Below, one piece after another: positions 1 to 11,796 of a stretch of DNA of 64,000 bases. Below the pieces are notes generated by a model that saw only the letters and a list, made by a program, of their open reading frames with translations, searched no databases and was not told the DNA's origin. Location of the stretch: IMG/VR virus record IMGVR_UViG_3300025626_000019, positions 6,336-70,335 of that record. One strand, written 5' to 3'. The DNA comes from a virus. The translations under genes and the position numbers were made by a program. The stretch's first letter is position 1; each line of letters opens with the position of its first letter.

Positions 1-3000
1 AATGATATTGGTATTAATGATCAATTATTCCACAATGGTAATGTAGGAACAAGTCTTGCTTTCGGCACAAACACTATTAATTTATCTACTAACGGATTAA
101 GTAGGGTTAGTATCAGTGATACAGAAGCTGTGTCTACAGTACAACTTCGTGCGCCTGTATATTACGCTCCAACTGGAACTACATACAGACTAGACCTTGA
201 CAACACTACAACCTCTTTGGCAGTTAATGCTAAGGTTGTTGTTGGTAACGTTGGTGATGACGCAAGATCAAATGACACCACAGGCGAAGGCGGTATTACA
301 CTCGCTCCTTATGGAACCACAGGTGCATCTTCAAATCCTCTGATGTCAATTTCTGGTGGTGCTGGTGGTTTGCCACTAACATCATTAAACAAGTATGGCA
401 TGGGCAACAACCCATTCGTTGTTGGCAACCTAATCAGCGAGACTAGAGTTAACGGCGCAGTCGCAACTACTCTCAGAGGCGATTCATTCGGCAACATGTA
501 CCAAGTCATCGACAATGATATGACTTGGGCTATTGCAGATTCGAATGCAAACTTCTTGCTTACTGCTAATGCAACTGATGGCGATGTGATCATTGGAGAT
601 CAAGCGGCTACATACGCAACAATGGACGCAACCCCAGTAGTTGGTTCAAAAACAAATAGTATTCTTCATGTAAGTGGTTCAGTACAACTGACTAGCAATG
701 ATGATGCATTTGCAGTTGGTGTTGGCACAGCTACTTTCCTTAAAGGTGATGAGCTAGGCTTCGGATCAGGTGGTGGTTTCTATATGGACGACACCGCTAC
801 GGTTAAAGTTCGTGGTGATAAAGATGTTTCTACTGCTGGCAATATGATAGCCGCGCAGTTTAAAGACAGCAATGATGATACTTTCTTTGGCGACTTTGCT
901 TCAACCTCAAGAATGAATAACATTGACATCTCTGGTACAATCAGGCATGATGGTGACGTAAACACAAACATCGGCTTCCCAGCAAATGATCAAATCGCTC
1001 TGACAACTGGTGGAACAGCAAGACTTACTGTTGCTGACACATCTGTTACGTCATCGGTTGATTTAATTGCACCAAGGATGCTAGATTCCGCAAATAATTC
1101 TTATCTTGTTGATCCATCAGGAACATCGGTAATGAACCGCATTGATCTTGATGATTACATTCGCCATAATGGTGATAATGATACGTACTTCGGATTTTCT
1201 GGTAATGACATTTTCAAAGTATTTGTTGGTGGCACACAAAAAGTTAACATCGATAGCGACTCCATCGACTTCTCTCAAAACGTCTATGCTCCTGCGTATT
1301 ATGACAGCAACAACAATGCGTATTACCTAGACCCAGCATCCACATCTGAGTTGAACAGCATCAACATTGATGATTGGATCAGTCATAGAGGTGATCTTAC
1401 TACTCGTTTTGGTTTTGACGCTAACAACAGATTTAGAGTACAGACAGCTAACGCAACTCGCTTGTCTATAGATGCAGACTCCGCTGATTTCACAGTAGGT
1501 GTCTATGCACCTCGTTACTACGATTCAGATAATAGCGCATTCTACCTACGATTCAGATAATAGCGCATTCTACCTAGACCCAGCAACCACATCTATCTTA
1601 AATGTTGTGAGAACAAATCAAATCCTAATGGATGGAACTTCTCTAAGCATTGACTCGCCATCAGGTCCTAAGGGGACTATTATGGTTGAAGGTGAAAGAG
1701 ACGGTTATGCTGGCTATATGATTAGCAACGACTGGGGCTTCATATCAAGTGGTGCTACAGAAATGGGTCTGTATAACGAGACTGACAATGAATGGTCACT
1801 GACTGCAAACAGAAACAACTTTACAAGACTGCATTCAAACAACATTCACCAAATTGGTGCTGAAAACGGTTATGGTTCTGCACCCAACTCTATGCGCTCA
1901 CCTATCTTCTACGACTTGAATGACTCAGCATTCTATGCTGACTTAGCAGGGCAATCCAGATTAAAGTCTGTTAAGGCTGGGGATAGTGCGATCTTCAACA
2001 ACACTACGTATCCTCTTGAGGTTAAATCTGCTCAAGAACGTATGATTGTAATCCAAAACACATCGGCTGATGCCAACTTCCCATCGATCTTGCACAAGAC
2101 TAGAAACACTCGTTCTACTATGGCACTTTCTTTTAATGGGATTGGTGAGCGTTTCTGGTTCGAAGAAAACGGCAACATCCAAGCTTATGGCGCTGGTATC
2201 TTTGGTAGCTTGGCGCTTAACGGTGGTAACGAAGACCTTGGCTTGTTGAAAACATACGGCTCTGGTCTTGCTGACATGAAAATGTTTGACGCCTCAGATT
2301 ATTGGGACAAACGTGTTGTTCAGCCTATGCAAGGTGAAGAAAATAACGCAACAGGAACAACTAGTGAATATGTAAAGAACGGTGACGGACCTTTTGCCGC
2401 TAGTTATGCTCTGAGAACAAATGCTTTCAGAAGCTTTGACTCTGACTACATCCCTGTTGAACCGGGCGAAGAAATCTATGCTGAAATGGCGGTAAGACTT
2501 ATCACTGGTACAGGTGGTAACTTCTTCCTTGGTGTTAGACAATACGATAAAGACAAGAACCCTATCGATGCGAACGAAGGTATTGTATACTTTGCGGCAT
2601 CCTCTGTTAACGTAACTTCTACTTCTTGGAATGAGTATAAGGGATACCACACAGTACCAACTAGCCACACAGCGTACAATGGTTCTGATGGGCTTGGTGT
2701 TAGATATGTTCGTCTAATTGCTCTTATGAACCATAGTGCTGGTGGTGCTACACGAGAATTCGGACCTCCTATTCTGAAAAGGTCTGACGTACAAGGTAAA
2801 ATCAAAGCAGATTCGATGGCTATTGATAATAGCGGTACAATCGGTGAAGATCAAAGCAGATTCGATGGCTATTGATAATAGCGGTACAATCGGTGTAAAC
2901 CTTGATGTTCTTGGTACTATTACAGGCGATACTGTCATAGGTACTAACGTTGACGCTACGAACTTCCGTGATGCTTCAAATTCTACTTACTCTTTCAATC

Positions 3001-6000
3001 CACGTACTGGTGGTAAAGTTGGTGGTACATGGGATTGGACAAACGGTAATATTACAAATGTAAACAATATCACATTCAATGATCCCGGCCCGAATGAAGG
3101 TCTTCGTTGGACTGGCGGTAGTGAATGGGCAATATTTGAATCGCCAGACGATTTGACAACAAATAGCTTGGGTAATCTACAGTTTACATCCGACAACTTG
3201 GGTGTCGCTGGATATGCGGCTGTAAGTCGTGCTACTATCACGACATCTGGTGATATTGTTGCGGCTCGTTACATGGATGCAACAAGGTTCCGTGACTCTA
3301 ACAACTCAGCATATTACGCAGACCCAGCAGGAACTTCCGTATTTAACGAAGTACGTGCTGATGAATATATCAGACACAATGGTGATACTGATACATATAT
3401 TAGATTTGTCGGTAACGATGACATGCAACTTGTTTCTGGTGGTCGCCAAATGCTTCGCATGGCAGAAGGAACTAATCCAGACAGACTAAGATTTGTTACG
3501 GATAGTAACTGGACAGATGCTAACGGTGATTGGAATATGTCACGAAACGTTAGTGTTAGTGGCACACACACTGTTCTAAACGGCGCGTATGCTAACATCT
3601 TCTACGACTCGCGTATGCTAATATCTTCTACGACTCTGATGATAATGCTTATTACGGTGACTTTGGTGGTACATCTGTGATGAATACTGTTAGAGCTAAC
3701 CGTTTCGAAATGGGTAGTGCTTCTACTTACATTGATAACGTATCAGGTCAATACGGTACAATTCGTGTAACTGGTAATACTGGTGGATATGCAGGTTATG
3801 CGATCAATGACGATTGGGTATTCATGTCATCTGGCGCAGGGGTTGCTGGTATCTACAACGATACGAACAATCAGTGGGCTACGATCTATCGCCAAGCAGG
3901 TGATACAGAACTTCATTGGGGTGGCGTAGAACAAGCCTCTACCAAAGATGGTTTCTTCTTAGGTACTAATCAAGTTCGTTCGCCTATCTTCTATGATAGC
4001 GACAATACAACTTACTTCGGTAACTTTGGTGGAACATCAAGGTTCTTGGGTTTAACAGTTGATAATGTCATCACAGGTAGTGTTTCTGGAAGTTCTGGGC
4101 AGTTGCGCAGTAAAGACAATAGAATTATTGAGCCAAATGAAGATAGTGCAAGCCGCCTAACGTTTGGTTTCACATCATGGAACAACAATAACACAGCACC
4201 ATATGCTGATTACTTACACCTTAGATCATACGGTGACGCTTCTGGTGGATCAGACAACTTACTTATGTTTAAGAAGTCTGGTCGTGGTATGCGTCTATGG
4301 CAACAAACTTGGAACTCAGGTACAGCATATTCTGCTTACTCTGATCTGGCTATCTACAACGCCAACCCAGGTGGTGGTTCAAGTTCTAACTTCTATGCCG
4401 CTAGTTTCATCGATGCAGATGATACATCCTTCTTTGTAAACCCATCGGGCATATCTAAGATTAAGCACCTAGAAGTTGCTGGCGAGAACCTTAACGCATC
4501 TTACTCACATGCGGCAATCGAAGTACGTGAGTACAACTACGGTGGCGCACAAACAGATAACGATGCTACAGCACCAAGGATTGGTTTCCATTGGGGTGGC
4601 AGAGTTGCTTCTCAGATCAGACTAGCTTCTAACTCTGAAATTCAGATCAGAAACAATCCTGGTACTGGCTATGAAAGCTTCCGTGCTAATAACATCTACT
4701 CACAGGGTAGTACATATGCTGGGCGTTACTATGATCGTGACAACACAGCATATTATGGAGACTTTGCATCTACATCTATCGTTAATATTCTTGATGTTCG
4801 TGGAGAAATCTACAACGATGGTTGGTTCCGTAACGATACATCTGGTCGTGGTCTTTACAACACACCAAACAACATGCACTTCTATTCTAGTGATAGTGAC
4901 AGTTGGAGAATTCGTTCTGCACAGAATACAATATCTCTTGAGTTCTCAACGAACGCTGATGTGTATCGTGGTAGAGTATATGCAACTAACTCTGACGAGA
5001 TTGGTTTCTTGTCGCAAGATAGTGGTTGGTCGCTAAGAACTACCAATAGTGTCGTAGATGCACACCATAGCTTCTACGCTCCTATCATGTACGATAGAGA
5101 CAACACGTCTTACTTTGTGAACCCATCTAGCGACTCACTCTTTAATGGTGACATTAGAGCAAATAGATTTGTACACAAAGATGATGTTTCACAAAACGAC
5201 GCATTTGGTATATACTTCTCATCTAATGAATCTGACTCTTACGCAATTTACAGAGAACCAGGTGGTTGGTCTAACCCATATCCAGACTTGAAAATTGCTT
5301 TCCACACTGGTATCCGTATGGGTGCTTATCATAGTTATAACGGCATTCGCTTCATGAACGATGCGAATAGTACAACTCAGGTTATGTCAATCAACAACGG
5401 TTCTGATCCTTTGGGTCAAAATGACGTATACGTTAACAACGCATTACAAGCTGGTGGTTCGTTACGCGCACCTATCTTCTACGACTCAAATAACACAGGT
5501 CGTTATACAGACCCTGCGTCTACATCTCAAATGGGTACAATCGAATGGGATCAACTTAACGCAAGAGATATGGGCGACTTTATTACCTTATACGGTGACA
5601 ACAGCACAAACCACTCAATCTCTTCAAGAAACGCTTCTGGTAGCAATGCTGATGATATTCGTATCAACTCATATGGTTCTGTGTATATTAACCTAGACTC
5701 AAACGTCAACAATAGTTCTGGTGCTGACTTTATGATTGGTCGCCACGGTCAGGCAACTGGTACTATTAATAACACCGACTTGTTTAGAGTTTATGGCGAT
5801 GCAAACTATGCTTACTCAGCATTCAGTTTCCGTGCGCCTATTTTCTACGACTCGAACAACACTGGGTTCTATTGTGATCCGTCAAGTGCATCTAACTTCA
5901 ACACGAGTGTTCGTGCCAACGAGATTTATGCTCGTAACTGGTTCCGTAATGACAACTCTGGCGAAGGTTTGTATAACCAAAATACAGGCTTCCATGCATA

Positions 6001-6790
6001 TTCGTATCAAGGTAGATATTTTGCACTTACTGGCAATAATAACAACAGTGATGTTCACGTACAGCTTAGAGCAACGTATAATGGTAACATTCGCATGTGG
6101 CTACACGGTGCGAGTAACAACTACTGTGGCTATCTGAACACTGGTGGGCAGTGGATATTGCGCACACGAATGCAAGATGGTTATTCTCCTGCAATCGAAT
6201 TCCGTGAAGAAGGTAACGAAAGTTGGACAGGTAACCCAGGGAACGATGTTGGTAAGATTGAATATCACTCAAACCGTATGTATATTGTTGCTGGTGCTAA
6301 CTCTAATAGAATTTGCCAATTCCGTAGAGATGGTTCTGACAAATCATATGTTGATAACAACGGTCTATATGTTGGTACAGCTACGTCAGCAAGATGGGCT
6401 GACCTTGCGGAAAGATATTCGGCAGACGACATGTATGAAAATGCAACTGTTATGGGTATGAACCTTGACGGTGACTCTGAGATTACTAAGTGGGAGCCTG
6501 GAATGCCTCTCGTGGGTGTTATCTCAACAAACCCAGCGGTTCAAATGAACGATATGGGAATTGAACCCGGAAGTAATTCCGTGAAAGCAAGAATGAACCC
6601 ATTCATTGCTCTTAAAGGTCGTATCCCATGCCTAGTAAGCGAAGACGTCAAAAAAGGTCAGTGGGTAATCCCTGCGGGCGACGGTAAAGCTAAGGGTGTG
6701 GACTATGGAACTCCCGGTATAAATAGCTATGAGATTATTGGTATCGCCCTTTCTGACAGTAAGGACGGTGAAGTAGAGGTGAAAGTATAA
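1..6790 (+). CDS. Giant long tail fibre protein, 5'-truncated; reconstructed from ORFs 130-1560, 1499-2875, 2823-3680 and 3677-6790 (>=2228 aa after removing three tandem duplications)
   Basis: Frame 1 is open from base 1. The protein is G/S/T/N/D-rich with about 14 copies of an (A/S)P-x-(F/Y)-YD-x-(D/N)N-xx-(Y/F)Y-x-DP-xxx-S repeat, and has a C-terminal 'SARWADLAERY...GVIST.P...IALKGRIP' domain typical of marine phage fibres. The frame changes fall exactly at duplications of 28, 49 and 26 nt. Confidence 0.85.
1518..1573. repeat. 28-nt tandem duplication frameshifting the tail fibre
   Basis: ctacgattcagataatagcgcattctac x2. Confidence 0.9.
2798..2895. repeat. 49-nt tandem duplication frameshifting the tail fibre
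   Basis: aa(a/g)atcaaagcagattcgatggctattgataatagcggtacaatcggtg x2; copies differ by synonymous AAA/AAG. Confidence 0.9.
3585..3636. repeat. 26-nt tandem duplication frameshifting the tail fibre
   Basis: gcgtatgctaa(c/t)atcttctacgactc x2; synonymous AAC/AAT difference. Confidence 0.9.
6718..6725 (+). promoter_or_regulatory. Putative T4-type late promoter inside the tail fibre 3' end, upstream of the CHxS-repeat genes
   Basis: Exact TATAAATA 66 nt before the ATG at 6792. Confidence 0.5.
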
Positions 6791-6791
6791 T

Positions 6792-7205
6792 ATGCCAACA
6801 TATGCACAATTGAATAGTAGTATGCAATCTAAGGCGGGCGCACAACTACGAACCTTTGATAGGGGCATTAATATTGCCATTGATTCTTGGGTTCGTATTT
6901 GGGGTTTCGATAGCACTTATGGATCATGGATGATTGTTAACGGCTATGGTTGGTATGGTCGTTCGAACCATTACCACAGATTCGAATACGTTAACGCAAA
7001 CAACACATTGTTTAATAACTACCTTGATGGTGGAATATATACTGGTGGGATTATCCGTTCCCAAGATGTTATTGATTCAATTAACAGTGTTGTGCGAAGA
7101 GCGGTTGATTTGTGCGAAGGCAGAATAACCAACAGAAGTATGACTGCACGTCCATGTCACCAAAGTTGCCATAGTAGTTGCCACACATCGAGAGGTAGAC
7201 GCTAA
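6792..7205 (+). CDS. CHxS-repeat protein 1 (putative radical SAM substrate/precursor)
   Basis: 137 aa ending PCHQSCHSSCHTSRGRR; paralog of the next gene; directly upstream of the rSAM array. Confidence 0.7.
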   Translation: MPTYAQLNSSMQSKAGAQLRTFDRGINIAIDSWVRIWGFDSTYGSWMIVNGYGWYGRSNHYHRFEYVNANNTLFNNYLDGGIYTGGIIRSQDVIDSINSVVRRAVDLCEGRITNRSMTARPCHQSCHSSCHTSRGRR

Positions 7206-7621
7206 TGACCGCAGATAGAGGTGATATTAACAGTTGGGTGCAAACATATAGTGGCGCACAACTCAGAACATTTGATAGAACTATTACATATACGGTAAAT
7301 ACGTATGTTCGATATTATCGGTTTGATAGTACGTGGGGTGGGGCGTTGAGGCTTGACGGTAGACAATATACTACAAATACCAACTTTACTAGAAGATATG
7401 AATACGTAAACGCAAACAATACCCTATTCAATAACTATATTGACGGTGGTATTAATGGCGGTCAGCTTATGTATGCACAAGATATCGTAGATACTGTAGA
7501 AGACAACGTAAGAAGAGCGGTTGACCTAATTGAAGGTAGGATTAATAGTACGTATCAAGTAATTAACGCATGCCATGCTAGTTGCCATAGTAGCTGTCAT
7601 ACATCAAGAGGAAGACGTTAA
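7205..7621 (+). CDS. CHxS-repeat protein 2 (putative radical SAM substrate/precursor)
   Basis: 138 aa ending ACHASCHSSCHTSRGRR; shares GAQLRTFDR, EYVNANNTLFNNY.DGGI and VRRAVDL.EGRI with gene 6792; TAATG coupling. Confidence 0.7.
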   Translation: MTADRGDINSWVQTYSGAQLRTFDRTITYTVNTYVRYYRFDSTWGGALRLDGRQYTTNTNFTRRYEYVNANNTLFNNYIDGGINGGQLMYAQDIVDTVEDNVRRAVDLIEGRINSTYQVINACHASCHSSCHTSRGRR

Positions 7622-7622
7622 A

Positions 7623-8798
7623 ATGACAATGCAAAAATCATATTGTAAGCAAATGAGATATTCTGGTCCAGAGAGTTTGTCTCCTGATAGTGCATCCAAG
7701 TTTGATGTTCTCATTCAGATGGAAGTTTTGGCTGGATGCGATCACGGTTGTTTGGGTTGTTTTGTCGATAAGAACATCGATCCTGATATGAACCAACAGA
7801 TCATCGACAGAGCAAAGGAACTTGCTGATGGTGTAGCCAGAACTGGTCTTAACCTCAGAGAATTTGTTATCGGACCTACAGACTTCTTCACAGCCAAGAA
7901 CACAGAGTCAGTATTAAATAACTCAGTAGTCCAAGAGATTATGAGAGAACACACAGGCGCTCGTATTGCCGCTCCTGCTAAGTTTGATATTGCTACTATG
8001 GATAAAGTAAAAGAAATCTTTGCTGTCCTTGATGACGAAGACAAATACCGTCGTGACATGATCATTGAGTTTATTATGCCAATTGGCAGAGTAGAACAGA
8101 TGTTGAACGATGACGAATATTTCGACAATGTTATGGAAAAAGTAGAGTTCTTTAAGAATAATACACCAAAGCAAATGGATTGGTCTTGGACGCTTCAAGC
8201 ATCTAATGTTGTTGGTAAGAAGATTGACAAAGAAACATACAATAAGATCATTCAAAAATCAGTAAACGAATACGAAACTATTGTAGAGATGAACCCAGCT
8301 TTCTCAAGGGCGAGATCACAGTTGGTACAGCGTAGAAACCTATTTGGTTGGAATGATTTTCTTGGTAAAGTTATTGACAAAGATAATGCACAAGAAACTG
8401 TTATGTCAATGGCTAACTTGTATTGTAACTCAATCAACTTTGTTGGTCTTACAATCGTACCAGGAGAAAACGGACCTACCACACACTTGAATGTAATGCT
8501 ACATGAGCAAGCATTCTTCTTAAACAATAAAAACCTAGACGTCACAGGTCTTACATTCGAAGAAATATTGGATCGTAAAAATGAGCTAGTGACGAAGGGT
8601 ATAAATAGATCAAGTAAGGTATCTGATTGTAACGGATGTCAATTCGCGGTAGCATGTGCTTCCCGATTGATTTTTGAAGCTCAAGAAACTTTAAACGTTG
8701 ATGGATGTGTTTTAAACAAAGATGTCCTTGCGGAATATAACCCATACGATTGGACTTGGAACGACGATGCGATGGAAAAACTAGGAGTGACATCATGA
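7623..8798 (+). CDS. Radical SAM protein (GPTD subfamily, paralog 1)
   Basis: CDHGCLGC (CxxxCxxC), IGPTDF, C-terminal CNGCQFAVAC...C. Confidence 0.8.
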   Translation: MTMQKSYCKQMRYSGPESLSPDSASKFDVLIQMEVLAGCDHGCLGCFVDKNIDPDMNQQIIDRAKELADGVARTGLNLREFVIGPTDFFTAKNTESVLNNSVVQEIMREHTGARIAAPAKFDIATMDKVKEIFAVLDDEDKYRRDMIIEFIMPIGRVEQMLNDDEYFDNVMEKVEFFKNNTPKQMDWSWTLQASNVVGKKIDKETYNKIIQKSVNEYETIVEMNPAFSRARSQLVQRRNLFGWNDFLGKVIDKDNAQETVMSMANLYCNSINFVGLTIVPGENGPTTHLNVMLHEQAFFLNNKNLDVTGLTFEEILDRKNELVTKGINRSSKVSDCNGCQFAVACASRLIFEAQETLNVDGCVLNKDVLAEYNPYDWTWNDDAMEKLGVTS

Positions 8799-9880
8799 TA
8801 GGCCAACACCTTTATTTTTTGAATAACAGAAAGTATATTACAAACTCAACTAACCTCGAAACTGTATTTTTCGAGATGAACTCATTTTACCACACGAAAA
8901 CACCTAGAACGGTTTGCATGATTGAATCATCAATGCCAGACAGCAAAATCGTCGAGTATGATGTAAGAGTACGTGCCGATAGCATTCGCGCAGGTGCTGG
9001 TGTTGACATCATTTTCAAACCTTGGGAAGAAGTTTGTACTAGTGAGTTTATCCAAAATAGTGAAAAGTATATTCTTGTAGCTTGGGAAGAAGAAGATCAA
9101 ATTCAAATCCATGCAAGATACGCTGCTGGATTGCTGACTGCATCTGGTTTCTATCCTGATGCCTCTACGGCAACAATCAACACCATGGTTGGCGATTTTA
9201 TGGAAAAAATCTTCGACTGCGATAGTATGTTTACATTCATGTCAGCGGCTCCTGCTGTTCAAGATATGTCTGATACTGTTGAAGCTATTCTCAACAACCC
9301 AGAAACACCACCATTCGACGTTACATATCAAAATGGCAAGAACTTCAGCTATGACTTCTTGTTCTTCTTAAATGAATACTACCCATGTGCGGAAGTACAA
9401 TCATTGTTGATTGAGAAGTTTACAATTCATAGTGCTGATATGGCACAAGATGTTATGGAACACTTTACATCACGTCGCCACTATTTAGCCTACATCCTTT
9501 CTGTAATTGATTGGATGAATGCTAATGATCTACCAGTAGACAAGCAATTGTTTGTTAATGAGGTTTACATGAAAGCCGCTAATAAGGGCAACTATCAAAT
9601 TGCGTTTTATAAATTAGAAGAACTATGGAATACAGTAAAAGATAACGAAGCTTTCATTCTTGCCCACACTGATAAAAGAGATAATACAAGAGATGGTTGG
9701 GAATTTTGGGATATGTATACCGAAATAAGCAATGTATTCCCTATTGTTAAGAAGGTGCTTGAGCGCAGTTTTGACATGGATAACCTAACAGAAGATTTGA
9801 GACTTATTAACACTGATGTTCAGTTCTTCTCTAAGAGACAGAATAGAATTCCATACTTGATACACAAATACACATTATAG
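8795..9880 (+). CDS. Hypothetical protein in the rSAM island
   Basis: ATGA overlap with the upstream stop; GGAG RBS; no motif recognised. Confidence 0.75.
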   Translation: MIGQHLYFLNNRKYITNSTNLETVFFEMNSFYHTKTPRTVCMIESSMPDSKIVEYDVRVRADSIRAGAGVDIIFKPWEEVCTSEFIQNSEKYILVAWEEEDQIQIHARYAAGLLTASGFYPDASTATINTMVGDFMEKIFDCDSMFTFMSAAPAVQDMSDTVEAILNNPETPPFDVTYQNGKNFSYDFLFFLNEYYPCAEVQSLLIEKFTIHSADMAQDVMEHFTSRRHYLAYILSVIDWMNANDLPVDKQLFVNEVYMKAANKGNYQIAFYKLEELWNTVKDNEAFILAHTDKRDNTRDGWEFWDMYTEISNVFPIVKKVLERSFDMDNLTEDLRLINTDVQFFSKRQNRIPYLIHKYTL

Positions 9881-9890
9881 GATGTAATAA

Positions 9891-10793
9891 ATGAATGATA
9901 ATGAAAATAACTTGAACCCAGATAGAGAATTTGACGATCATAAATTTTCAGAGCGTGAGAAGAACTTTAAAGCTTACACTTTACCTCTTGCGCCCCAAGA
10001 TTTGGTTGCGATCTATAAGGAAAAAGAAAAAAATAAAGATTTTATTCTGTACGTAGATTACCACAGGACTAAAGAAAAGTTGAGTGCTAAGCATATTATC
10101 ATATACTTGGCGAATACTAACTTTAAGGCTGGGTTTACTTTCTTGGATGAAGAATTGGTTACGGAATACATCAAATCAGATTTTATGGTTGATTGTCCAA
10201 TTCTTGTACGCATGCTCTCAGTTATCGTTAGAATGAGATTGCACTACGATATTAACGATGCCGAAAAGAAGTTGCTTCTTTTGTTTCCAGAAGAAAAAGT
10301 ACATGAATATATCGAAGGTAACCTCGAATTAGTTGATGAACTAATCGAAACTATTAGAGATGCCGTGCCGTGGGCGATGACAAATCTATATGAAAACCTA
10401 AATGAACAAGACAAAGAAATTGAGGTAGAACTCAAGAACTTTGTGGGTGATATTGAGGTTTATGATAAGCCATCGAACTGTGGACCTAATGTTGCGCGTT
10501 TCATCACAGAAGCGTGGGATGGATTTTTGTGTATCGTTCACAACATGGGTGTTAGTACGACGTATAATAAAGCAGTTTACAATGCACAACCAAAGTATTT
10601 TGGCAAAGATTTGTACTACATCATGAATGAGACTAGGGTTATTGATCAGATTATGGCGATGTTCCCCGACTGGTTTTGGGTTAAAATTGAGACTCTAGAC
10701 TTGAATAAGTTGCTAGAGGAATCTGAAGGCGACCACATCGAAGAATCTATCGACAAGATCGAAGATAAGTTTGATGATAGTCCATCTGAATAG
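9891..10793 (+). CDS. Hypothetical protein in the rSAM island
   Basis: 300-aa acidic ORF, co-oriented and tightly packed. Confidence 0.75.
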   Translation: MNDNENNLNPDREFDDHKFSEREKNFKAYTLPLAPQDLVAIYKEKEKNKDFILYVDYHRTKEKLSAKHIIIYLANTNFKAGFTFLDEELVTEYIKSDFMVDCPILVRMLSVIVRMRLHYDINDAEKKLLLLFPEEKVHEYIEGNLELVDELIETIRDAVPWAMTNLYENLNEQDKEIEVELKNFVGDIEVYDKPSNCGPNVARFITEAWDGFLCIVHNMGVSTTYNKAVYNAQPKYFGKDLYYIMNETRVIDQIMAMFPDWFWVKIETLDLNKLLEESEGDHIEESIDKIEDKFDDSPSE

Positions 10794-11796
10794 CACATAT
10801 GCGGGATATTACTCTTATAATGCAGACGAAAGCCCCATAAACACAGACTTTCTTAGAACAGAAATCAATCTGGACATATTGCATGGCTGTAGCCAAATGT
10901 GTCCGGGTTGCTTTATCCCTCGAAAGAACTTGACTAAGGCAGACAACCTAGAAACTCTGTATAATCTTCTTATCAAAGGTGCGTATTACCCCGACGAAAT
11001 AACCGTCGGACCTACAGACATATTTGATGCTGAGAACTTTAGTGATATTATGAACCATCCCTATATGGAAAAGCTCTATGGGATTTCAGCTATTGGTTTC
11101 ACGTCTACGCTTACACAACCATACGCAATGGTCAAAGATAAACTTGCAAAGATATGGTCTTTGTATAAAAACATTCACCGTGTTCCTGATATTGACTTTA
11201 AGATTGTTTTAGATATAGATAAGTATCTTGATGGAGATAACGATCATTTCTATAAGAATTTAGAATTGTTTAAACTAGGCTCAGTTCAATTTCGTGTCAA
11301 TTACCACAAAGATATATTCAAAAGAATTTCGTATAATGAATTAGCTCAAAGAGTATTTGATGATTTCAATGCTCCTGTTGTCATAACACCTTCTTTCCTT
11401 ACTGATAGGAACGTTAGAGGTAAAGTAAGTCAACACCTAGAAAACTTTAGACGTGAGATGGTAGAACAAAAAATCGACAAACAGTGGCTAAACCTTTACA
11501 CGTTCTTTGATGCTAAGTTTAATGGATATGGTTGCCAAAACTATAGTTTTTATAATAACAAGCTATACCTCAACCCATTCTTATACGACGTGATCATACA
11601 AAGAACACCACAGTTCGAAACAACTATGGATGCTAATACTTTATATGATAATATCGAATATGCACAACAAGTTGATGATTGTAATGGTTGTGAATACATG
11701 ATGAGTTGTGCTGAGCGCAACATACACTTGTATATGGAGTCGAGAGGATTAGGCAGTTGTGTTGCTCTTAAGGAGTACATGTATGCCTCTAATTAA
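10774..11796 (+). CDS. Radical SAM protein (GPTD subfamily, paralog 2)
   Basis: CSQMCPGC, VGPTDIF, YLNPFLY, C-terminal CNGCEYMMSC...C. Confidence 0.8.
   Translation: MIVHLNSTYAGYYSYNADESPINTDFLRTEINLDILHGCSQMCPGCFIPRKNLTKADNLETLYNLLIKGAYYPDEITVGPTDIFDAENFSDIMNHPYMEKLYGISAIGFTSTLTQPYAMVKDKLAKIWSLYKNIHRVPDIDFKIVLDIDKYLDGDNDHFYKNLELFKLGSVQFRVNYHKDIFKRISYNELAQRVFDDFNAPVVITPSFLTDRNVRGKVSQHLENFRREMVEQKIDKQWLNLYTFFDAKFNGYGCQNYSFYNNKLYLNPFLYDVIIQRTPQFETTMDANTLYDNIEYAQQVDDCNGCEYMMSCAERNIHLYMESRGLGSCVALKEYMYASN

Noticed and set aside
1518-3636. Programmed ribosomal frameshifting in the tail fibre
   Set aside because: Each frame change is fully explained by a tandem duplication whose length is not a multiple of 3; no slippery site is needed.
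6792-7621. Diversity-generating retroelement template/variable repeat pair
   Set aside because: The similarity is at protein level with synonymous changes, not adenine-specific, and no reverse transcriptase is present in the window.
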